From: Malacoraja senta
Lineage: Eukaryota
NCBI GenBank assembly: GCA_038087875.1
Contig: CM075996.1
Coordinates: 3,970,001-4,034,000, forward strand
Length of the DNA stretch: 64,000 nt
Direction: 5' to 3'
Shown piece after piece: positions 38,401-50,400 of the stretch. The stretch's first letter is position 1. Every line of letters starts with the position of its first letter. Below the pieces are notes generated by a model. It was given only the letters and a program-made list of their open reading frames with translations, did not search any database and was not told the origin of the DNA. The position numbers and the translations under genes were made by a program.

Positions 38401-41400
38401 GGAATCAGTTAGTTAGTTAAATATGTAAAGAGTGAGGCCCTGCGCAAATTGGAGGAACAGCACCTCATATTTCGCTTGGGGGAACTTACACCCCAGCGGT
38501 ATGAACATTGACTTCTCTAACTTCAAGTTGCCTTTGCTTTCCCTCTCTCTCCATCCCCTCCCCCTTCCCAGTTCTCCAACCAGTCTTCAACCCCTGTCCC
38601 ACTGTACGAGTTCATTCAAGAGTTCTCCCCGAGTTCGCCCTGATTCGAACTCGGAGATTTACGGTAATGGCCGCTCGTCGGTACTCGGGGCTCTCGTGGA
38701 CATTTTTCCAACATGTTGAAAAATCTTCACGAGTCTTCCCGTGCTTACCTGCCGTTAGCGAGTCTTCCCGAGTACCTGCCGTTAGCGTTACGAGCCGATA
38801 AGAGACGTCCCCGAGCTCCGACGTACCCGCTACGTTCATTCTCCGTGCTTACCACGAGTTTGATTTTTTTTTAAACTCGGGAGAGCTCTTGGAATGAACT
38901 CGTACAGTGGGACAGGGCCATTACTGTCTCCGACTACATTTTATCTCTGTACCACCCACTCCCCTGATATCAGTCTGAAGACGGGTCCCGAATATGGAAG
39001 CCCTTGTGATGGAGGTTTATGTCAACGCTCATGTGGTTGTGCCTCTTGTTGCTTTTCACTAGGTATGGCTGTATGGTGCCTCAAATTTCACTGTACCTTA
39101 ATTGATACACGTGACGATATACTGACCTTGAAAACCTTGAATACCGTGACCCGGAGCGCCACCCGTTCCTTCCCTCCAGAGATGCTGCCTGTCCCGTTGA
39201 GTCTCACCACACAATTTGAGTTGGACACACAGCCCGAGAGCACTCAGGAAATAGGGTGCCTCCCACAATCTAACCCGTCCCTCTAACATTTCTCATAACA
39301 GATCCTTCTCCAGTGACTGGACTGTCTGTGGTGAACAGGGCAACACAGTCATTAACGATTGAATGGACGTCACCGACTGATACAAGAGCCTCTAATTACA
39401 CCTACAACGTTACGGTCACTAATGTTACTAACGGTGCTAGTTGGACCAAGAGCACGAGTAAAGGCGAGACAGCATTCACAGCGACAGGGCTCTTCCTGGC
39501 GATCGGTACCAGCTGTCGGTGCAGTCAGTCACACCTGAGGACACACTGAGCACACCTGAGGAGGTGAAAAGCAACTCAAGTGAGTAACTAAAAAAAAGAG
39601 ATAGAGAGAAAAGATAGACACAAAATGCTGGTGTAACTCAGCGGGACAGGCAGCATCTCTGCAGAGAAGGGAATAGGTGACGTTTCGGGTCGAGACCCTT
39701 CTCCAGTCTTATCTTTCGAGCGCTGATTTGTAGTTTTCAACCGACTGAGGTGGATAAAAACCAAGAGAACAGTCATTTGTGTCGGAAGGAACTGCAGATG
39801 CTGGTTTAAGTCAAAGATAGACACGAAAAGCTGGAGTAACTCAGCGGGACAGGCAGCATCTCTGGAGAGAAGGAATAGGTAAAATCTGTCTTTAGCAGTG
39901 TGAAGATGGGCCTCGACCTCAAACGTCACCCATTCCTTCTCTCCAGAGATGCCACCAGTCCCGCTTAGTTACTCCAACATATCGTGTCCAGAAGGTCCTG
40001 AAATTTCACCAGCGGGTGGAGTGTTTTCGGAAACTGTCTGCTGAAGGCCGTTTGCTGAGTCAGAGACATTCTTGCTTAGTACGGGGTGTCAGGGGTTACG
40101 GGGAGAAGGCAGGAGAATGGGGTTGCAAGGGAGAGATAGATCAAGAAAAGCTGGATGTTTTCAAGAGAGAGTTAGATTTAGCTCTTCTGGCTAACGGAAT
40201 CAAGGGATATGGGGGTGAAAGCAGGAATGGGGTACTGATTTTGGATGATCAGCCATGATCATATTGAATGGCGGTGCTGGCTCGAAGGGCCGAATGGCCT
40301 ACTCCTGCACCTATTGTCTATGTTTCTCGAATGTTATAGTTTCTCGTAAGGAGGAATGAATACAACAGGAAAATCATGCTTCAGTTTCAATCGACATTGG
40401 TGAGACCTTATTGTAACATATAACATCTTTGGAATGTGGGAGGGAAACCGGAGCACCCAGAGAAAACCCACGTGGTCACAGAGAGGACGTACAAACTCCG
40501 TACAGACAGCACCCGTGGTCAGGATCGATCCGGGGTCTCTGGCGCTGTGGGGCAGCAGCTCTACTGCCGCGCCGCCCGTTAGTGTCCCAGACAGCCATTC
40601 ATCTTTCTCAAGCCGGTGCAGGACCAGGTGTTTCCTACAAAGGCGGTTGTTGTAAAGAATGAAGTGCAATAAGCGTGGTGAGAGGGGGAAACGAATACTG
40701 CTGGTCTGGGGGTGGAGCTGTGGAAATTAAAGGCACATTACGGGAATCAGTTAGTTAGTTAAATATGTAAAGAGTGAGGCCCTGCGCAAATTGGAGGAAC
40801 AGCACCTCATATTTCGCTTGGGGGAACTTACACCCCAGCGGTATGAACATTGACTTCTCTAACTTCAAGTTGCCTTTGCTTTCCCTCTCTCTCCATCCCC
40901 TCCCCCTTCCCAGTTCTCCAACCAGTCTTCAACCCCTGTCCCACTGTACGAGTTCATTCAAGAGTTCTCCCCGAGTTCGCCCTGATTCGAACTCGGAGAT
41001 TTACGGTAATGGCCGCTCGTCGGTACTCGGGGCTCTCGTGGACATTTTTCCAACATGTTGAAAAATCTTCACGAGTCTTCCCGTGCTTACCTGCCGTTAG
41101 CGAGTCTTCCCGAGTACCTGCCGTTAGCGTTACGAGCCGATAAGAGACGTCCCCGAGCTCCGACGTACCCGCTACGTTCATTCTCCGTGCTTACCACGAG
41201 TTTGATTTTTTTTTAAACTCGGGAGAGCTCTTGGAATGAACTCGTACAGTGGGACAGGGCCATTACTGTCTCCGACTACATTTTATCTCTGTACCACCCA
41301 CTCCCCTGATTATCAGTCTGAAGACGGGTCCCGAATATGGAAGCCCTTGTGATGGAGGTTTATGTCAACGCTCATGTGGTTGTGCCTCTTGTTGCTTTTC

Positions 41401-44400
41401 ACTAGGTATGGCTGTATGGTGCCTCAAATTTCACTGTACCTTAATTGATACACGTGACGATATACTGACCTTGAAAACCTTGAATACCGTGACCCGGAGC
41501 GCCACCCGTTCCTTCCCTCCAGAGATGCTGCCTGTCCCGTTGAGTCTCACCACACAATTTGAGTTGGACACACAGCCCGAGAGCACTCAGGAAATAGGGT
41601 GCCTCCCACAATCTAACCCGTCCCTCTAACATTTCTCATAACAGATCCTTCTCCAGTGACTGGACTGTCTGTGGTGAACAGGCAACACAGTCATTAACGA
41701 TTGAATGGACGTCACCGACTGATACAAGAGCCTCTAATTACACCTACAACGTTACGGTCACTAATGTTACTAACGGTGCTAGTTGGACCAAGAGCACGAG
41801 TAAAGGCGAGACAGCATTCACAGCGACAGGGCTGCTTCCTGGCGATCGTTACCAGCTGTCGGTGCAGTCAGTCACACCTGAGGACACACTGAGCACACCT
41901 GAGGAGGTGAAAAGCAACTCAAGTGAGTACTAAAAAAAAGAGATAGAGAGAAAAGATAGACACAAAATGCTGGTGTAACTCAGCGGGACAGGCAGCATCT
42001 CTGCAGAGAAGGAATAGGTGACGTTTCGGGTCGAGACCCTTCTCCAGTCTTATCTTTCGAGCGCTGATTTGTAGTTTTCAACCGACTGAGGTGGATAAAA
42101 CCAAGAGAACAGTCATTTGTGTCGGAAGGAACTGCAGATGCTGGTTTAAGTCAAAGATAGACACGAAAAGCTGGAGTAACTCAGCGGGACAGGCAGCATC
42201 TCTGGAGAGAAGGAATAGGTAAAATCTGTCTTTAGCAGTGTGAAGATGGGCCTCGACCTCAAACGTCACCCATTCCTTCTCTCCAGAGATGCCACCAGTC
42301 CCGCTTAGTTACTCCAACATATCGTGTCCAGAAGGTCCTGAAATTTCACCAGCGGGTGGAGTGTTTTCGGAACTGTCTGCTGAAGGCCGTTTGCTGAGTC
42401 AGAGACATTCTTGCTTAGTACGGGGTGTCAGGGGTTACGGGAGAAGGCAGGAGAATGGGGTTGCAAGGGAGAGATAGATCAAGAAAGCTGGATGTTTTCA
42501 AGAGAGAGTTAGATTTAGCTCTTCTGGCTAACGGAATCAAGGGATATGGGGGTGAAAGCAGGAATGGGGTACTGATTTTGGATGATCAGCCATGATCATA
42601 TTGAATGGCGGTGCTGGCTCGAAGGGCCGAATGGCCTACTCCTGCACCTATTGTCTATGTTTCTCGAATGTTATAGTTTCTCGTAAGGAGGAATGAATAC
42701 AACAGGAAAATCATGCTTCAGTTTCAATCGACATTGGTGAGACCTTATTGTAACATATAAGATTGTTAAGGGCTTGGACACGCTAGAGGCAGGAAACATG
42801 TTCCCGATGTTGGGGGGAGTCCAGAACCAGGGGCCACACACAGTTTAAGAATAAGGAGTAAGCCATTTAGAACGGAGATGAGGAAACACTTTTTCTCACA
42901 GAGAGTGGTGAGTCTGTGGAATTCTCTGCCTCAGAGGGCGGTGGAGGCAGGTTCTCTGGATGCTTTCAAGAGAGAGCTAGATAGGGCTCTTAAAAATAGT
43001 GGAGTCAGGGGATATGGGGAGAAGGCAGGAATGGGGTAATGATTGGGGATGATCAGCCATGATCACATTGAATGGCGGTGCTGGCTCGAAGGGCCAAATG
43101 GCCTACTCCTGCACCTATTGTCCATTGTCTATTGTGTATTGTCTATTGTTTATTATCTGAGTCTACAACAGCCATGATCACATTGAATGGCGGTGCTCGA
43201 AGGACTCGAAGGGCCAAATGGCCTACTCCTGCACCTATTGTCCATTGTCTATTGTCTATTGTCTATTAGCTGAATCTACAATAGCCATGATTGAATGGCG
43301 GTGTGGTAGCTGAAGCTCACAAGGTGCTGGATATCTCCTATGAGTTAACTCTCTGCCTTCCTCTCGACAGATCCATCTCCGGTCACTGGGTTGACTGTGA
43401 TCAACAGGACGACGGTGTCAATGGAAGTAACATGGACAGCGCCGACGGATGCAGGAGCCCCAAAGTACACGTACAGAATTACAGTCGCCAACGTTACCCG
43501 TAGTGGCCGCGGAGCTATCGACACTGGTCTAGGCGTGACAACCTTCACGGTGACTAATCTGGTTCCTGGGGTACAATACCAGCTGATGCTGCAGTCAGTC
43601 ACCCCTGGAGGCACACTGAGTACCCGTGTGAACGTGGTTAACGCCACAAGTAAGTCATTTCTTTGAAGAAACAGTAACGCCTCCAATGGTACACGCGAAA
43701 ACTCCGGAGTAGCTCAGCAGGACAGGCAGCATCCCTGGAGAGTTGTGGGTCTGTGGAATTCTCTGCCTCAGAGGGCGGTGGAGGCAGGTTCTCTGGATGC
43801 TTTCAAGAGGGAGCTAGATAGGGCAGTTAAAGATAGGGCAGTTACAGTCAGGGGATATGGGGAGAAGGCAGGAACGGGGTACTGTTTGGGGATGATCAGC
43901 CATGCTCACATTGAATGGCGATGCTGGCTCGAAGGGCCGAATGGCCTACTCCTGCACCTATTGTCTATTGTCTATTGTCTATTGAGAGAAGGAACGGGTG
44001 ACGTTTCGGGACGAGACCCTTCTCCAGACTGAGAGTCAGGGGAGGGGGAGTCTAGAGATATGTAAGGGTGCGGAGAGAATGCAAGGTGTGAAAAGGACAG
44101 ATCAAAGCAGACGCTGATCAGGGAAACGTAGAATGCTTCATTGTTGGCTGAGGGGAGGGTGACAACGAGGCATACAAACAGTCAAATTAATCAGGAGGAC
44201 AGTGGAACTAGTTGGAGAAATAGGGTGGGGAAAGCAAGGGTTACTTCCCCACCATTAGAGAAATGGTTAGAGATATTCACTGTCTGCTAGCCATGCATTG
44301 AAGATTACAAGGAGATGCAAGAAGGTATTGTGGCCATTTTAATTGCCTACATTTTCTTAATCAATATTTTCAGGCTCCTCAGATGCCATATTAAATATTT

Positions 44401-47400
44401 TTTGATGCTGTTAATCATATTCTGCTCCTATCACTTATGAACTTGTGAAGTGCTCATCTTGAGGTGAAAGGAACTGCAGACGCTGGTTCGCACCGAAGAT
44501 AGACACAAAAAGCTGGAGTAACTCGGCAGGTCAGGCAGCATCTCTGGAGAGAAGGAATGGGTGACCTTTCTGAAGAAGGGTCTCGACCCGAAAAGTCACC
44601 TGGTCCTTTTCTCCAGATACGCTGCCTGTCCCGCTGAGTTACTCCAGCATTTGTGTCTGTCTGACGTCAATAGCCAATAGACAATAGGTGCAGGAGTAGG
44701 CCATTTGGCCCTTCGAGCCACCACCGCCATTCAATATGATCATGGCTGATCATCCCCAAATCAGTACCCCGTTCCTGCCTTCTCCCCATATCCCCTGACT
44801 CCGCTATTTTCAAGAGCCCTATCTAACTCTCTCTTGAAAGTCCTCATCATGTGGCAGCTTTCTAACTGTCTTGGGGGTGAAGATATGGAAGGATATCTTC
44901 ACCATGTTGGGGGAGTCCAGAACCCAGGGTCATAGTTTGAGGATAAGGGGTCGGCCATTTAGGACTGAGAAGAGGAAAAACCTTTTCACCCAGAGAGTTG
45001 TGAATCTGTGGAATTCTCTGCCACAGAAGACTCTGGAGCCCAATTCACTGGATATTTTCAAGAGAGATTTAGATGTAGCTCTTGGGGCTAACGGAATCAA
45101 GGGATATGGGGAGAAAGCAGGAACGGGGTACTGATTTTAGATGATCAGCCATGATCACAATGAATGGCGGTGCTGGTTCGAAGGGCCGAACGGCCTACAC
45201 CTGCACCTGTTTTTCTATGTTTCTTCGATGTTTCTATATGCTGGAGGGAAGGCGTGGATTTGTGCCTCCAGACTTTAAACATATCACTCCATCCATTTCC
45301 CAGTTCCTGCCGCAATTTCTGACTTCCACTGCTCCGCAAGTACAGGGTACACGGTGGAGGCGAAATGGATCCAACCAGTGGGCCAGTTCAGCATGTTCAA
45401 AGCCTTCACCTATGATGGTGACCATTTCATTAGGAGCCACATCCTTGGGAAGGAGGAAGAGAGTCTGACAGTGGACGGCCTACAGCCAGGGCGCAAGTAT
45501 ACACTTACAGTCTTCACAGAGCGTGGGCAGACATCCAGCCAACAGATGACCACAAATTGCTTGACCACCTCTCAACGTGAGTATATTGAAGGCAAATGTT
45601 TCCTCCATCCATGTCAGGGCCTGATACCCCATTGTCAGTGACTATTATTGTTATTACTGCACTCTTATTGTTTTTTATGTGTGAGTAAGTCAGTAAGTTT
45701 ATTGGCCAAGTATTCACATACAAGGAATTTGCCTTGGTGCTCCGCCCGCTAGTAACAACATGACATACAGTGACAGTTACGAATGACTCAGAAAACACTA
45801 AACATTAATACTAATAAAACATTCATGATAAAACACCACTGATCAAGCATGTGAACCAAGAACATACCAGATCAAAGGGAGGCTACAGATTTTTGGCTGT
45901 TGAGTAGAGCAACTACTCGTGGATAAAGACTGTTTTTATGTCTGTCTGTGCAGCTTTGACAGTCCGGAGTCGCCTTCCAGAGGGAAGTGATTCAAAGAGT
46001 TTGTGGCCAGGGTGAGAGGGGTCAGAGATGATCTTGCCCGCTCGCTTCCTGGCCCTTGCAGTGTACAGTTAGTTCATCAATGGAGGGAAGGTTGCAGCCA
46101 ATAACCTTCTCTGCTGATCGGACGATTCGCTGCAGCCTCCAGGTGCCGTGCTTGGTGGCTGAGCCATACCAGACCATGATGGAGAAGGTGAGGACAGACT
46201 CTACGATGGCCGTGTAGAATTGGACCATCATTGCCTGTGGCAGTTTGTGCTTCCTCAGCTGCAGCAGGAAGTACATCCTCTGTTGGGCCTTTTTGACTGT
46301 GGAGTCGATGGTAGCCCCCCCCACTTAAGGTCCTTGGAGATGATGGTTCCCAGGAACTTAAAAGACTCCACAGATGTGACTGTGGTGTTGTTGATGGTGA
46401 GTGGGGTGAGGGGAGGGGAAGCTCTCCTGAAGTCTACAATCAATTCCACCGTCTTAAGAGCATTGAGCTCTAGGTTGTTGCGATGGCACCAGGATGCCAG
46501 CTGTGAAACGTCCTGTCTGTAGGCAGATTCCTCCCCATACGTGTGTGTGTGTGTGTGTGTGTATTTTTGAACTTTCTTCTGAAGATAGACACAAAATGCT
46601 GGAGTAACTCAGTGGGACAGGCAGGTACTCTGGATAGAAGGAATGGGTGACGTTTCAGGTCGAGACCCTTCTTCAGACTGAACTATGCTAACTAATGACT
46701 CAATGAGTAAACCAATCACCTGCTGCCATGCTGGTCCTTGATTTAGTTTAGTTCAGATTAGAGATACACCGCAGAAACAGGCCCGTCGGCCCACCATGCC
46801 CGCACACCCAGCGATCCCCACGCACTAACACTATCCTACACACACCAAGGACAATTTTTACTTTTATACCAAGCCAATTAACCTACAGACCCGTACGTCT
46901 TTAGAGTGCGGGAGGAAACCGAAGATCTTGGAGAAAATCCACGCAGGTCACGGGGAGAACGTACAAACTCCGTACAGACAGCACCTATAGTCAGGATCGA
47001 ACCCGGCACTCCAGCACTGTAAGCAGCAAGTCTACTTGCAAGTCTATCTTGCTATTGAGGGAGTGCAGCGTAGGTTTACAAGGTTAATTCCCGGGATGGC
47101 GGGACTGTCATATGTTGAGAGAATGGAGAGGCTGGGTTTGTACACTCAGGAGTTTAGAAGGGTGAGAGGGGGATCTTATTGAAACATATAAGATTGTTAA
47201 GGGTTTGGACACGCTAGAGGCAGGAAACATGCTCCCGATGTTGGGGGAGTCCAGAACCAGGGGCCACACACAGTTTAAGAATAAGGGGTAAGCCATTTAG
47301 AATGGAGACGAGGAAACACTTTTTCTCACAGAGAGTGTGAGTCTGTGGAATTCTCTGCCTCAGAGGGCGGTGGAGGCAGGTTCTCTGGATACTTTCAAGA

Positions 47401-50400
47401 GGGAGCTAGATAGGGCTCTTAAAGATAGCGGAGTCAGGGGATATGGGAGAAGGCAGGAACGGGGTACTGATTGGGGATGATCAGCCATGATCACATTGAA
47501 TGGCAGTGCTGGCTCGAAGGGCCGAATGGCCTACTCCTGCACCTATTGTCTATTGTCTATTGTCTACCGCTGGGCCACCGTGCCACCCAGGAGATGGGCA
47601 AGGTCCTCAATGAGTATTCTCCTCTGCTTCCTCTCTTTGGGATAACCATCCATTTTTTGTTCTTTGCAGCCATTATCATTGGAGCCACGGTGGGCTCGTT
47701 ACTGGGTCTGATCCTAATCGGTATCCTGTTGTTCTTCATCATCCATAAAGGTCGGCGGCAGAGGTACGAGTCAAACGCTCATGTTCATATGTGATCGGAG
47801 CAGAATTAGGCTATTCGGCCCTTCAAGTCTACTCCGCCATTCAATCATGGCTGATCTCCCTCTCCCTCCCTAACCCCTTGCTCCTGCCTTCTCCCCATAA
47901 CCCCTGACACCCGTACTAATCAAAGATAGACCACAAAAAGCTGGAGTAACTCAGCGGGACAGGCAGCATCTCTGGAGAGAAGGAATGGGTGACGTTTCGG
48001 GTCGAGACCCTTCTTCAGACCCGTACTAATCAAGTCCTTCCTCAATTGGCACTGATGTCTTGGGCAATATAGCTCACCCCCTCCATGACGCACTGGTCAA
48101 CCTGAGGAGGCACCTTCAGCAACAGACTGGTTCCACCAAGATGCAGCACAGAACGCCACAGGAGATCCTTCTTCCCTGTGGCTATCAGACTGTACAACTC
48201 CTCCCCCTTCTGTCATGGGGTGGGCTGATTTAGTGGGATATGGGCCAAATGCAGGCAGTTGGGACTAGTGTAGATGGGATTTGTTGGCCAGTGTGGGCAA
48301 GTTGGGCCAAAGAGGGTGGAGGGTAAACTCTCCACTTATCTCCTTTAGAATCAGCTTTAATATATGGACTAATTGCTATTGAGGGAGTGCAGCATAGGTT
48401 TACAAGGTTAATTCCCGGGACGGCGGGACTGTCATATGCTGAGAGAATGGAGCAGCTGGGCTTGTACACTCTGGAGTTTAGAAGGATGAGAGGGATTCTC
48501 ATTGAAACATATAAGATTATTAAGGGCTTGGACACGCTAGAGGCAGGAAACATGTTCCCGATGTTGGGGGAGTCCAGAACCAGGGGCCACAGTTTAAGAA
48601 TAAGGAGTAAGCCATTTAGAACGGAGACGAGGAAACACTTTTTCTCACAGAGAGTGGTGAGTCTGTGGAATTCTCTGCCTCAGAGGGCGGTGGAGGCAGG
48701 TTCTCTGGATGCTTTCAAGAGAGAGCTAGATAGGGCTTTTAAAAATAGCGGAGTCAAGGAATAAGGGGAGAAGGCAGGAACGGGGTACTGATTGGGGATG
48801 ATCAGCCATGATCACATAGAATGGCGGTGCTGGCTCGAAGGGCCGAATGGCCTACTCCTGCTCCTATTGTCTATTGTCTATTGTCTATTGTCTATTGTCT
48901 ATTGTCTAATTGCATATGGACTCTCAGCATCAATATTTGTTGAATAATATTGGGTGAAATACTTTAAGGCATTTAATATACTAAACCTATGTACATTGAT
49001 ATTTGAAACTTTTATTTAATTCCAGGAAGCAACAGGATCCGAAACTATCATCAATGTACAGCCTTCTGTCAGCATTCAAGTAGGTGGAAATATTCCCTAT
49101 TCCCGATGATTCTGATATGAACCATTTTTAAATAGTTAGTGAATCTGTGGAATTCTCTGCCTCTGAGGCCTATTCTCTGGATGCTTTCAAGAGAGTTTTA
49201 GATAGAGTTCTTAAATATAGCAGAGTCAGGGGGATTATGGGGAGAAGGCAGGAACGGGGTACTGATTGTAGATGATCACAGTGAATGATGGTGCTGGCCG
49301 AATGGCCTACTCCTGCACCTATTGTCTATTGTCTATTGTCTTAGTTATATGAATGGACAGAACCGGTCCACTTGTTAAAATTCTAAATATTGGCAAAGGC
49401 AAATTTTGATCGCATTAGAGAGAAGTTTTCAAAGGTTGTACAGGTACATAGTCCCCTGAAAGTGGTGCCACAAGCAGACTGAGGCATTTGTCAGGCTGGC
49501 CTTCATCTGTAAGGGCAGTGAGTAATGGTGGCGCTGCGGTAGAATCGCTGCCTTGCAGCATTGATGAGGCTGCACTTAGAACATAGACCAGCTGTTACCA
49601 GGCAACTGAACCATCCTACCAAGTACTAGAAGGATCTCCTGTGGCGTTGTGTGCTGCATCTTGGTGGGAACCAGTCTGTTTACTGATGGCGCTCCTCAGG
49701 TTGACCAGCGTGTCGTGGAGGGGGTGAGCTGTATTGTCCAAGATTTAACACAAAAGTCATGAACGTCGTTTCACACAGAGGAAGTGTTTGAGGGTGACAA
49801 GGGATATTAGAGAGAGAGAGGGATCGAAATGCTGGCTCAACCTGCGAATCCCACTACCCTGGAATGGTGGTGTTTGTCGGCACTTTTACCGAGGTACAGT
49901 GAGAATTTTATGTTGCGTGCTAACCAGTCAGCGGAATAGACCATAGACAATAGACAATAGACAATAGGTGCAGGAGTTGGCCATTTGGCCCTTCGAGCCA
50001 ACACCGCCATTCAATGCGATCATGGCTGATCATCCCCAATCAGTAACCCGTTCCTGCCTTCTCCTCATATCCCCTGACTCCGCTATTTTAAGAGCCCTAT
50101 CTAGTTCTCTCTTGAAAGCATCCAGAGAACCTGCCTCCACCGCCCTCTGAGGCAGAGAATTCCACAGACTCACCACTCTCTGTGAGAAAAAGTGTTTCCT
50201 CGTCTCCGTTCTAAATGGCTTACTCCTTATTCTTAATGACAATACATGATTACAGTCGAGCCATTGACAGTGTATAGATACATGATCAAGGGAATAACGT
50301 GAATAGAGTTTAGTGCAAGGTAAAACCAGTAAAGTCCGATCAAAGATAGTCTGAGAGTCACCAAAGAGGTAGATAGTAGTTCAGAACTGCTCTCTGGTTG

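Larger units (their letters stand above)
38083..42760 (+). repeat. Near-identical tandem duplication; units about 38083-40423 and 40424-42760, each with one FN3 exon
   Basis: Collinear over about 2.34 kb; differences are almost all single-base indels. Confidence 0.95.
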
